NCBI GenBank assembly: GCA_964035545.1
Contig: OZ037765.1
Coordinates: 30,689,504 to 30,753,503, forward strand
Source of the DNA: Bugula neritina
Taxonomy: Eukaryota; Animalia; Bryozoa
Direction of reading: 5' to 3'
DNA: 64,000 nucleotides
Numbering within the stretch: the stretch's first letter is position 1; every line of letters starts with the position of its first letter. Below the pieces are notes generated by a model, which worked only from the letters and a program-made list of their open reading frames with translations, was not told the DNA's origin and searched no databases. This document shows, piece after piece, positions 31,452 through 44,880 of this stretch. Position numbers and translations under genes: made by a program.

Positions 31452-34065
31452 TTAATCAGCTTCTGGTGCAAAGATATAGATGAATGGCTCGACCTGCGCG
31501 GACGTACCATCATCACCTGTCGCGATGCATTTAATGAATGGCATGTGAGTGTCTCGGCCAGTTCTAAGAATATGAAGGTCACCATTCGCTTGGATCTGAA
31601 ATAAAACAACGCCATAAAGAGTTATGCTAATCTAGGGTGGTGGTCAGTATAGATAAGAAATAAATAATATATTGTATTTTTTGTGAATAACCATCCCTAA
31701 TATATCTTATCATTTGTTCTTATAAGACTGTTGCTGTACTTGCAGACAGGTATAATGGAACACAGTGTTGTTTCACTGCTCCAACATGTGATGTCATGAT
31801 TGCCAATCCCATTATAATATTTTCTTTTAAATACTTACAATACCAGTGGTTTCTCTTGACTTACTTGAAAGTTGTCATGATGGTTAGTTATTGGTTCTTC
31901 ATTTAGTGTCCAAGATATGATGGGCTGGGGTTTAGACGGCCCCTGAGTACCTCTGCATATCAAGACTGAGGTCACATTTTCATACTCAAACACTGTGTTG
32001 GTAAAGAGATATATGCGAGTAGATCCCAAGATGTTTTCATCACCTGAGAATACACACGTAGATTATAATATTGTGATTCATGGAGGAAATCACCAGGTTG
32101 TTGAAATGGCTTGGTGTGATAATTTAATTTATGCAAGTTCTAATGATTTTCTAACACTCTATTTATCAACTATGCGCGTGTCAATGTAGCTTATGACTCA
32201 CTTCTTCTGGTGAGTTCTTCTGAAGGTGGTATAACTGTGACGTTGTAGTCCTTAGTTTCCCTGCTGCCTGGAAGGTCTGCCACGCACGTGTATATCCCGG
32301 CATCATCGTCACTAGCATCCTTTATCAACAGCGTAGAGACTGTGAAGTAGGTGTTACCAATAGTATTGGGTGTTCGCTCTCTGGACTTAGCTTCAGAACT
32401 TAGAGGAGGAAGTACATTCTCTGCCAGATGATCCAGTGGGCTCTATTGGAAAAAACACACAACTTACAGCTTAATTACCAAAAAATCTAGGGCTATCAGT
32501 GATGGACTGGCGGACTGCTCATAACCTTGAGCCTCTGAACCATTGTTTATATTTAGTAACCAGATATTAGTAAAGTACAAGAAACTGGCACTGTGCCAAA
32601 TAATTTAAAGACTGCGTGAAGTTCAAACAAAGACTGAAAACTTTGCAAAGTTGTATTTTAGCAAGAGGTAGGGGGCTGTGATTTAAGTTGACTGGGAAAA
32701 GGCTTTTTCACATTAGGCTAAAATAAATTCGGAAACTAATATTTCCTGTTGCAAGTCAAATATGTGTATATTAAAGTAAATAAAGTATCGTCTTACCTGT
32801 TCAATATGTTCTCCATTAAAAAGCCAATGTATTATGGGTGGGGTACTGCCACTAGCCTCACATTTTATTTCAACAGTGTGGCCCTCAACTATTGAGCGAG
32901 ACACTAAAATTAATTAAGATTCAATGTCATACTATACTCTGTTTCCAGTTTGAATATTTAACAATGTAGCAAAGTTACGTATTAATTATGTTGACAACTG
33001 GTGTACATAGAATAAAGAATAATACACTTTCAGTAGTCCAGCCCCCCCCCCCCCCCCCCCCCCATTAGAGTCCTTCTCCATCTTATTATCAGATGTGTAA
33101 CTCAATACTTTTAAAGGCTTTACATTATTTTTCATTTATCAATTGTAATTTATTACTAACAGTTTCTTGTTTTATAGGATATAACAGTATAGAAGAGAAA
33201 CGCTTTATTTTCTAATAATTTACTTATTTAGCTTAATTTAAAAGAACCATTTACAATAAGCAGTAGCATTAGATTCTAAAACATACATTAGCTATAGGCT
33301 TTTTTCCAGCCAGTTTTATTAGATATAGATGTGAAAATTTATTAAATTAATGTTTGAATAACAATTATAGTCAGAAGGAGTTATCGAACCATTACTAGGC
33401 AGTTGTTATATTAAATGATGTAAGTTTAACTTACCATTGCGACTAGATTGCCTGTTAGTGCTTCGTTTGACAATTGTTTTTTTTAAAACCTCTGTATTTG
33501 AAACTTGAAGTGGCTGTAATTAAAATAAAAAAGTTTTTATTGTATTTTACTTTAATTACACAATACATAGCAAGCTGTATGTAAGCTAACAAACAAGTAA
33601 TTGGTCCATAGCACTCTATTAATTTCTATAAGTATATTATGTTGCATAAATGCTATAAATTGTATAACTTTGAGCTTTTAAAAATATAAAACCCAATAAG
33701 AAGCTTTAATATGTCATTGAAGGCGCTTAAGACATAATCAATGCGATGGCTTCTCAAAATCAATTTTATACCATTTAGTGTTAGCCTTTTACACAATATA
33801 ATAATTAGTATATAACATATAATTATATACTTGTATCACATAGTAATAGGATATAAAATAATAATATAGTTATACAATATCTCGCCACAACATAAAGTAC
33901 AGTAATATGACATAATGCTAATATAAAAAAATAATGATAAAATAGAAATATACAAAGATATTACACTACTCAATAATGGACATATAATCATATACTTACC
34001 AAACTATATGCTGTAACTACGATTGTAAGAAGTAAAGCTTTGTGTATCAGTGTAGACAGTATCAT
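31452..34065 (-). CDS. Secreted two-Ig-domain protein, ImpL2/ZIG (insulin-related peptide-binding)-like; exons 34065-34000, 33513-33435, 32903-32797, 32442-32202, 32043-31865, 31595-31452; 271 aa
   Basis: Signal peptide MILSTLIHKALLLTIVVTAYSL. Ig1: VEIKCEASGSTPPIIHWLFNG...DDAGIYTCVA. Ig2: VLICRG...PQPIISW...NGDLHI...KCIA. All phases match (816 nt); no TM segment. Confidence 0.82.
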
Positions 34066-34398
34066 GGTGAAGCAGTGGGTAGGTCTGTATAATAATTTGT
34101 TCAGAATGGACCTTATGCTATCCGCAGTTAATGTTAAAAGAACAGGTGCTAGCAGGTTTGTCTGCATGGAGTATGTAGCAGAACTCTTTTATATTCTTTA
34201 TTTCTGCATAGAATACATTGTTATAGCCAATAGGGTTTGTCTTGCATAACTTGTAGCCAATCAATGAGGCTTAAATTTAAGGCGGAGCAAAGGCACACGC
34301 TAGTGATCATTTCCACCTGTGAAGTGTGATTACATTGTGGTCTATATATTGCTTTCATGGTGACCAATAACCAATATGATACACATACCAAAATTTAG

Positions 34399-35034
34399 CT
34401 GAAAACTAATTGTACTTACCTTTCAACTGCCAGTTTCTGGTATAAAAATCCCATTTAATAAGCATTAACCACTCTAAGTAATTATAATTTAACCAAATTA
34501 ATTTTTGCAGTGGTGAGTTGAGAAATATTTTCTGTTAAGGAATAATGTGCGCCTTCAAGAATTTCCAAATATATTATGTTCTGCCTTTTTTTAAATTTTA
34601 ATATTTGCACAACTAGCGTATAAAACTTTTGCAAACACTAATATTTCAAGTTCTAAAGATTTCTAGCTCCAGTTTGTCAAATGATGTAGCTACACGTTAT
34701 ATGATAAAATAACTAACACACCGTTGCTGGTGCCTCTGTAGCACCAGCTTATTGTATCTATTTACTGCTTAAATTCACATGCTTTGGGTTTGAGGCAAGT
34801 TGAATCAACTTATGACATTATTATGTAGAAGAACATTGTCTACGGCATTTATTTATTCAGCAAAGAGGTGTTGGTAATAAATACAAGCTTGTACTGCCTA
34901 CAGATGTTATAAGATACAGGGAAGTAAATTTTTATCTTTCTCAACAATTTAATTACTGGCTTGACAGTAAAGTGAATAAATGGGACTTTTATACCAGAAC
35001 TGACAGTTGAAAGGTAAGTAAAAATAATTTTCAG
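34399..35034. mobile_element. MITE with ~58-bp TIRs upstream of the Ig gene start codon
   Basis: CTGAAAA...TACTTACCTTTCAACTG(C/T)CAGTT(T)CTGGTATAAAA(A/G)TCCCATTTA present in inverted orientation at both ends. Confidence 0.75.
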
Positions 35035-36203
35035 AGACAGGCAATTTTTTATGCCATAAATATTTCCTACGCAGCTTTTTCGATACGAAAAAGGAATAAT
35101 TTCTAACTTTTACTCCTTAAGCTTTTTGAATGCTTTGGATTGAATATTAAAATATTGCTAGTCTACTGAGAATTAGTAGGAGAGTTTAGTAATCCTTCAG
35201 ATTGTTCTAGACTTGTATCCTGACAACTTAGAGGGATTTGCTATACCATTAGCAATAATCTTTTGGTGTGCTTACAGTGGGCATGCTGAAAGGTAGAATA
35301 GGCTTATCGTAATGATAATTAATTATTAATATTGAAGTCAATGTTACACAGTAGAGTCAAATAAAGGTGAAAATGATTCAGTCAGGTTACACATTGTCTT
35401 TTAATTAGGATGAGGGAGGACTAAGTCAACATTAATCTGCTTTCTCGCTGTCATAACTTCCTCCGTGATGCTGATTTCATCTGCCATTCTGTTTTATTAA
35501 TGCTTTCCTAATTTTATTCACTTGTTTAAATATATTGATTACACATGCTTCACGTAGTAGCAAGCTGTTGAAGTGTGGCCACATTGCTAGTGGGCACTCA
35601 GCTGTTTGTGTATATTCAAACGCTCTTTTTAGAAACAGTATTAAATAACATTTTGAAATGCTGCTCAGTTATAGGTGTTGGTTCAAGTGTCAGAATGAAT
35701 GTCAACTAACATACTGCGTACATTCATCCCTGCGATATACCAGCATTATTGATATATCACTATAATATTGGTAGATTATGTAATCTATTATTAAACACCG
35801 GATGTAGAATGATGTCAACACGAAGAGTTATAACTGGAGATAAATTCGTTCCCATATCGATGGCAGCTCAGCCTGTAAATACTTCCTGTGTTACATAAAG
35901 CATGTCCGGGATTGTTTAAGTACAAAATCAGTGAAGCAATCATTTTCCATTTTAAAGTTTTACAAGAAGCTAAATTATCTCCATACTAAATATCTAATCA
36001 AGCCTTCATTGCTTAGATCAAAAAAGTTTTATTAGCTTTTGAGGTGAGCATTTGCTTTGGTATCAAGTGCAGTTCAGATTATATCAATTAATTATTTTTA
36101 ATATAATAAATGTTATATAAAATGTGGGTGACTTTTGAATATTGAAAACCCTCATCGCAAAATTATACCAAATTGTGGTTTCATAGTAAATTTAAGTATA
36201 ATG

Positions 36204-36413
<210 letters not shown>

Positions 36414-39400
36414 TTAAGAGCATGTATGCTTGTTCTGTAAAATCTACACTATGTAATGACTATACTGTTTCAACACAATTTTGTTGGATATGAACAAATA
36501 TATTATATTTTTTCATATATATTTTTGCATAATATTATTATATGAAAATATATTATATTGCAATTAGATATTTTGTAATCTTATTGCTGTTTTTTAATAT
36601 CTTTATTTGATTTAACAGTTGAATTTATTTTTTAAATTACTACTTAAAAGCAACTTATTAGTTTGTGTAAGTTTATAGCTAAAATGAATTGTGTACTACC
36701 TACAAGTATACGTGGTATGTAAACTGCTGCAGCATTTAAAAGTATATCAATTCAATTGTTTTAGATTTTTTTCTGCATAATTAAATTTTTTGCAAAATTA
36801 CTTTAAAGTCTGGAACTTCTAAATATATAATTGAAAAAACACAGTATAGTTAGCAAGCTTGATTTTTATTATGACATTTCATCAAATAACTACATGAAAG
36901 GTGACAACATAAAATGCATTCTGATAAAATTGTTTTGCAATTATTGTGAATAAGTTTTATGAAAACGCCACTCAAAATTCATTCAATATGATAATTTAAT
37001 GACACTTTTGACAGTTTCAAAAAAATGTTCAACTTTTTTAGTCTAAAGTCTAAATATTTGAATATGTATTTACCTAAATCATAGTTCAGACTTGGAAAAT
37101 ATTTTACAGGAAATATTACAATATCTCTTACACAATATTATATATAATAGAAAGAGAGACTAACGTATAATTGTATAGCAAAGGTAAGTTATAAATTGTT
37201 AAAAAATCTTGTTTATTCTCACCTGTTGCCACTGTGTAGCAGGTGACAAGCAGGTGCCCTGACATATCCCATTTAATCCTGTGCTGAGCCTCTTCTTTTC
37301 TCAGCCACCAATTTGCAGGTTTTTTTGTATTTTCTCATAATTTGTGTTTTAGCCAACCTCAAATTTCCTTTATTTCAACTTGCATCTCACAAATTCTCTC
37401 ATCACATCACTTTTTTCTTTTTCTTGAGCATCAATTAATGCTTATGTATGGGTCACTCACTCTTTCTCCCCAACATGTCTATTGTTTAGATAATTGCTTC
37501 AGTTTGTTTAATGTTTTTATAAACTGAATCAAAGGCAGTAACGTAGCAAGCTCGTTTTAAAAGTGCTAAAGTTTATAACCAAAACATCTGCAATGGGCAA
37601 TAATGCGTTTCCATACAGAGGCACTGCGCATCTCATTGTTCTACAGATTAACCCTCAGTTTCTCGAGTACTTTATTATGCCACAGACAACTACTGTGAAT
37701 TATTACCATTTATTTTAAGCTCTGTTGTTTTGTGCTAACAGCCTCTCTTTTGCTGCACCATTGCAATTTATTTGAACAAAATCCAAGATGAATTTTGCCA
37801 AACTACATTTCATTGAGATGGTTTGCTATGTATTTAGCAATTGTTATGTCTTATCCATGACAAGTGTGCACGTAATGTGGGAACGATTTCTAATTGAATA
37901 TTTTTGAATATCCATCAACATCTGTTACAGAACACTAAAAAGTCGTACGAAAAATATTCTACAGGAAAAGTTGGAGACAATCATCACGTATCTATTGTCA
38001 GCTCTTTAGACATTACTAAGTGGACAACAGCTCTCTACTTATCATATGAAACGCTCATTCTTTGACTTCATTTCAGCTTCACTTCATTTTCAGCACTCCA
38101 AGCAGGAAATCTAAACCACAAATACACTCAACAGATGCAAGCTCATTCAATGTAATTAAGTTTATCTACTAGTAGTATTTAACATAATATTGAATTCATG
38201 CTTAATCATCATTAGAGTTTATCCTACTTGTCTTTCTGCTGGCTTTGAATTTATTATATTCCTCACTAAATGAAACTAAAAACCATTGAATCAAGATATT
38301 ATGTAGCATAAATTCACATAGATTGAGGCGTGTCGTGTTTTAGAGTGAGCTAGTGTAGCATTATATAAACATGTCCCCTTTTTAAAATGAGTTTTAAAGA
38401 ACTAAAATGCTATCATCTCATTTAAATAACAAGATGAAAAAAGTTTTACAGTTAAGAATGTTTACCATATAATTTTTAACTTTGTCTGTATACTATATAT
38501 TATATATAATTATACAGTAGGCCTATATAGTATATATAATATATTATATGTAATATTTACTATATATAATATATAGTATATACTATTTATATATCATATA
38601 TAGTACATACTATATGTAATATGTAGCAAGTACTATATATGATATATAGTACTTGCTATATATTGTATATTATATATTATATAAAGTATATAGGGCCTAC
38701 TATATATATGTGTGTTATTTATACTATATATTATTGCTATATGTGGATAAGCTATATTATATATTATTATTATATATTAGTGCTATACTGTATGTTGATA
38801 TTACTACGTATATGTAAGCACTATTTTATATATTATTACTATAACATATTGATACTTACCTATAGGTGTAGAATAAATGCTCTCAGCAATCATTTTTAGC
38901 TGATGAGATCAAAACTTAACACTAATCTCTGTTACGCGCCAAACTTCTGCATCTTTAGCTCATAATAGAACTAAAATAACATTGCCTTTCACTTTAAAAA
39001 TATGAAGTTTTCATAAATTGCTGTTAAGGTGCATGATTTATTACCTGTAGACATTTGTTCGCCAACTCCACCTTCTTTTATCTCAGAAATGTGGTTAAAA
39101 CCTCTTATAGCAATAGTGCACTTAACCATTCAGTTTAAATAAATAATACCTCAAGATAATCAAGATAATATGCAATATTTTTTGTCTATAATATTATATG
39201 GGAAGGTGGCGGATTTAACAACCAACACAGACACTTCTAAAGAGCTCACTGGCAACTCTGTAACCGCAAAACTTTACTATTACTTCATTGTAATTAATTA
39301 TTTTATTAATATTACTTTTCAATTTATTTCTTTTTAGATCACAATACTCTTCTTCAAGAGATACAAAACTAGTGAAAACTGGTTCACCAACTGGCAACCA

Positions 39401-39728
39401 CTATGGTGTGCATAAATTTTTATAATTCTGTCAAGTGTTTCGTAATAAACATTAAGCTGGATGTTATGACATACAGCAATAGATCTGTCAAGTTAATATG
39501 GGAAGTGTTACATATTTGATTGTCATTTTATATCGCTTGGTTTCAGTTGTCAGCACAACTTAAGTATAACTTGAGTGTTTGACTCAAGAAGCCAAGTCAA
39601 CTAATGTTTGCAGGCTCAAGTAAACATGTTTCAAAATAAATATATATTTTTTAAGCCGTTATCAAACTGCATACAGTTTTCGAACTTTTATAGTTTTGAT
39701 GTAAACTTCCCTCTATAATCTACGATAT

Positions 39729-39950
39729 ATGACCTATGAACTATTATTCATGACCTATAAACTGTTATTCATGACCTATGAACCATGATTCATGACCTTT
39801 GACCTGTAATTTGCAATCTATGACCTTTGATCTATAAACATTGGTTCATGACCTACAATGGACCTTTGCTCCTATGACTTATAATCTTTGACCTATATCC
39901 ATGAACTATGTTTCATAACCTGTAGTATATGACCTTTCATTTATGACCTG
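39729..39950. repeat. Degenerate TGACCT-based minisatellite
   Basis: Repeated ATGACCTATGAAC/TTGACCT units at 7/21-bp spacing. Confidence 0.75.
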
Positions 39951-42474
39951 TGGTGTGAGCAGGTTACATGAAAACAATACTGTTAGGTTTATTTATTAAA
40001 TGCTTATGTGTTTACTGCTGATCTTATACAACATCAAGTTTGTTAAGCTTAGTTTAGGAGGGGGGGGGCGGCGGTGATACTCACGTTAAACTACAATTAT
40101 GTTAGAATATGATATTTAATACACTTCTAATTTTTTCAAGTTTTTTTAACTTAAGCAAATCTGATTAAAAGTAATCGAAATCATTTGTTCTCATCTATAA
40201 CCACAGCTAACTCAGCAACACTTGTTTATAGATATACTACTGTGTCACCCAGGATGTCTCTGTTTACATAATATGAGGCAGATATAGGGTGAGATTAGTA
40301 TACGTACAAGTGGTGCCAATAATTTCCCTCAACTTGAAGTAGGTCTATACTTATAATTCCTGTAAACTTGTTTTAAACAAGCTGAACAATGCTTCAGATG
40401 TAAAGTTTGGATGGAATTCAACACATACTGATGTATTATAGATGTACTTGTATATATTACAAAATAAGATTAATATATTTGAATAGAGTAATGATAAATA
40501 CTGTTATGGAATAATTTCCAGGGTCCACTAGAAGAAATGAAACACCTATTGTCAAACATCCTGCTATTAAAAACATATTAATAATATTTTCTTAGCTGAT
40601 AGTACTAGTTAAAACTGATAACTCTGGTTGCATTGCTGTGACAGTTAGCTGGTCAACAATGCATAGCTTGGTCTGCCAGGCCACCATAACACCCACAAGG
40701 GGTGGCCACCAGGTCAACCAAGATAATATCTTATTATTAGAATCTGCATAATATAATATAATAAATACTAAGCTTGTTTTCTATATAAAAAAATCTTGAA
40801 GACATGCTTTAAAGTGCCAAAAGACCACACAAAATTGATTAGTGAAAAGAATCTTCTATCAAGTAACATTGTATGAAATACAAAGTCATGTCCTCTGTGC
40901 ACCAAAAATTCGCTACAATTAGCATTACCTGCGTGTATCACCTTCTGCGTTACGAAAGTAGCTCTGTTCTTTCCAATCAAGCCAAACTCTACCAAGTGTC
41001 GCTAAATCCAGTTGCAAAATAAGTAGGCAACCTTGGTTGTTGGAAAACATAGTTCAGCCAAAAGGAAAGATAACTCTTCAAATTAATCTTCAAGTATGCA
41101 TGATCAGCAAGGTTTCCTTTCTCATATCTAAAAGCATTGCTTATTTTTTAGTTTTTTTATATATATGCATCCCAAAATTTATAGGCATTGCTCTATAAGC
41201 ATGAATAAGCCTACATTAATAAGTAGACAATCCAAAAATTCTTCTAAATGCAGCACGAAGGTACAAGTAGATATTAAACAGATGCTGATGGCTTCCATAA
41301 TTGCAACACAAATGCTGATGGTAATAAATATTTGACCCCATCAATTGCATGTCAAATTCTTTGTTTGATTAGATCTAAACCAATAATGTCTTCTAAAGAG
41401 TAATGTAATAACTGAGTATGATATTTTCTTTACAACTGAAACAGCTATATAGCTAGGTCTCTAGCTAGAAGCAAATCTCTTTGAGGCTTTATTGAATTTT
41501 TGTACAGAGTTTTAAGAAATAAAAGTTTACAAGCATATGCTATATCACAGTAGTTCGATAAGTTGCTTATAACCAGATTAGGGTATGTTTATGAAAAAAG
41601 TGAAAAGGTAGATGATAACTCCAAAGTAAATGCAACACCTATTATATACACAACGTGATGTTCCTTATACGTAACTATTGAGCATTATAAGTTTTGCTAA
41701 TACTACTACATTTTATTATGTGATATAGCTTAAATTGTCTAACAAAATAGTTATGAAATTCCTTTCAAAACTGGGTGATATATGTGTGTGTGCGTGTGCC
41801 GGTTAAAACTTAAAAGACATTTTATTACTAATAGTGTCTTAATCCAAGGTTGGTTGATATATAAAATTTAATTTTATATGAATATTGATGTCTATATTAA
41901 GTTTGTATTTACCCCTCTGTATTATCTAGTATAGATATTGCATGTAGAGGCAATGTCTCAGATATTTACACTCCTCAATAATGTTTACCAGTATTTTTAT
42001 TGTAGACAACATAGTTTAGCCTAATCTTGACAGGCTGTATAGTCTATACATGCTAAATTTAAATTTTGTAATTAATTAGGACAGCACTGGCAAGTCACTT
42101 GAATCTATGATAAATTAAAACTAAACAAAGCAACTATTGCATTTTTTAAAATGATAATGGAAACTTCATATTTGCTTGTTTGAATACTTAGCACCATGTT
42201 TCTAGTCTTAGCATGGTTTATTACACTGTTATTTGGCCAACTTTTTTAGTACATATTATATTTGCTACATGGGAGTTGTGTCCGCAGCACAACTCTGATT
42301 GAGAGTTGTCTGCACTGAAATAATTTGTAACCGGTCAAGCGCAGCACGCCCGAACTCAAATATGCATAGCATTGAGATAGTGCCATCATTATATCCCTTG
42401 GTAATCAATCCGAACTATCAAGGATCGGCTCTTCATAAATACTGGTGAATATTAAAGTGATAACTTATCTTTAG

Positions 42475-42667
42475 TATCCTTTGATTGAGCAAATATCGAT
42501 ATCAAAGGCTTTGGATGGTAGACCCGTACCTTTGGTTGATATCAAGCATGCAGTTGGACTAGAATAGAGATTATTTGTGCTGACAACTGGGATCGTAATT
42601 ATAGCAATCATGTCACATGGTCTGATGGAACCAACAGGTGAGGCAACGAGTACGTACTCCATTCAAG
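42475..42667 (+). pseudogene. Possible caspase-like exon remnant with in-frame stop
   Basis: AG...GT-bounded segment translating YPLIEQISISKALDGRPVPLVDIKHAVGLE*RLFVLTTGIVIIAIMSHGLMEPTG. IVIIAIMSHG resembles the caspase catalytic-His strand. TAG at 42565-42567. Confidence 0.35.
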
Positions 42668-42955
42668 GTAACTCATGCTTTTCGAAGACTCAAATTAATT
42701 AATCATTGCTAAAAGGGATAGCTTTGTGTTAGATCACCATGTATATTATAAGTTTATTATATATAGTTAGTGCTAAATACTAATACCAATAGAGATAGTA
42801 AATAATAATTATGCAATTAAATATTTTACTCTAATTGGAGCACCACGTTACCTATCATATAGGAGCAGTGTAAGTGTTAGTCTATACTTATATTACTAGC
42901 ACTGCATACTTCTCAACTACACTTTACTGGAAATAATTGTAATAAAATAATATAC

Positions 42956-43254
42956 CTCGGGTATATTTTCTATCAATTCACAACATTTTTTACACATTGC
43001 CTGCATACTACTAATATTACCACATTTAGCTTTGTCAAACATTTGTTCAACAAAGCTTTCTGAAAAACTGTCCTGTGTGACAACAAACTGAAGTCCTTCT
43101 GCCAATATTGATCTAATGGATCTTCTGTTTGTTTAGTTTTAAACCTTAGCCAAAGTGATTTCAAATTACTACATACCATTACTGTGTCTATACTCGTGAC
43201 TGCCCCCTTCACTAGGTCTATTTTATAACTCAGACTTGAAGAAGCCATTTCCAT
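42956..43254 (-). pseudogene. Frameshifted first exon of an unidentified gene
   Basis: Two overlapping ORFs (43254-42973 and 43105-42917) join by one frameshift near 43105-43110 and end at GAG|GTATAT. CCGGAA (ETS-like) lies just upstream at 43265. Confidence 0.3.
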
Positions 43255-44880
43255 ACACTGACAACCGGAAAATTAGCTGATCAATTGAAATTTCAAAATT
43301 TTTTTATGTGAAGGGAGTTATATCACCACACTTGGGGATACCAGTGAGCATGCCATATTTTTTAAACATCTTGTAATACAGTGTAATTGTTATATTTCGA
43401 TAGTTATATAATATTATTATGTGTAGTTTATTGTTTCATCATTTCATGGAATTTCTCCGCCTCATATCCTGTTACTCAACTCTCACTGGTACTAAGGGCC
43501 AAGTTCCTCCCTAGTGTGGCGTTTATCCTTGCTTCATTCACTAGAATTACATCTAACCTAGTAACTGTCACAGCTGCTGGTACTTTAGCGTCAAAGGCAT
43601 AATTCTAGCCCTAGAGAATTTAAATCTGCTATATGTTACACTTAATGTGTGCCTTTATAATTCAGTACCTTTTTTAGACCACTGAGCTTACACATTTGTC
43701 ACATTGACCTAATCAACCGTAAGTTGCATTTTCAAGATAGGCTCAACTGTAAATACCTACTGCTATGACTAATTCTTAGAACGTTGAAGCTTTCAACTGT
43801 GAAGTCGCGAAGGATCTTTTCAAGCTATTACATTTGTATGCGAGATTGTAGCTGTCGCAGTGTAACTGATTTTACCTTTATTATCATTGTGTGAGAATCA
43901 GTTATCAGCTTTATAGCTCACTTTGAAGTTTCACAGGGCTAGGAACTGTGATTTAAGCTTCACCATTTGATTCTTACTTTCCCTAAATCATTGATTGAAG
44001 CTACCTTTTTACTTGTCAATTTTCTCTTATTAGATTAAGGTAGTGGCAGTGAGCATTTGAAATTGCATCTGACCTTTTTGATGTGTAACTCTGATCAGGT
44101 TTTTATACAAATTCTCTAGGTGGGCATTTATCGTTGTGTAGTATTAACTAACAATGATATCCGTAAGCAACAGACAGGGGCTGTAGGTGTGTTTACATAC
44201 TGGTGTGAGATTCACTGCGTATTGTATATGTTACTCTCTGTTTACATTCACATTGTATATACCTGCACACCTAGCAGCACTCTGTAAGCTCCTCTTAGCA
44301 AATGCTACAAACTAAAGAATCGCAAATTGCTGACAGATTTGCTCTCATGCCTAACTCTGGCAACTATTCCAAAACACATTTTGTTTTATAGTTTAAAACT
44401 CAGGCGTGGATCAGACATAAACCAGGCAACCTGTTTAATAGCCTTCAGAAATTATTGCTATAGTTAACCAATTATTTTACATGATGGATGAGTTAGCATT
44501 AATTAGGTATGCAAGTATTCATTATACCTGTTGTGCGGTCAGCCTTGTGGCTGCAGCCTCTACACCTAAACTTTCTACAAGACTGTTGTAGATTACATGT
44601 TCCTTATTCATACGTAGAGTTTTATATAGACAGTCGATTTTTTAAATATTTTGGGCCTGAATTTGTGGGCTCGGTAACTTCCAAATGATTTAATATTGTT
44701 ATTTCCCCTGTTGTGAGTCCAAAGTCCATTGATAATAAGAGAAATCTGAAGGTATAGACAGATCCATAACCATTTGTCTGAAACCCTAATTTATATGTTT
44801 CAGAGCTGAGCAGTTCACTCTCTGAGATACCTGGTGACATTGGGCAGGAAAAGTGTTTCAAAGGAAGGAGAATTATTCGC

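Noticed and set aside
38480-38899. Tyr/Ile-rich ORF 38639-38899
   Set aside because: Degenerate TA-rich low-complexity DNA.
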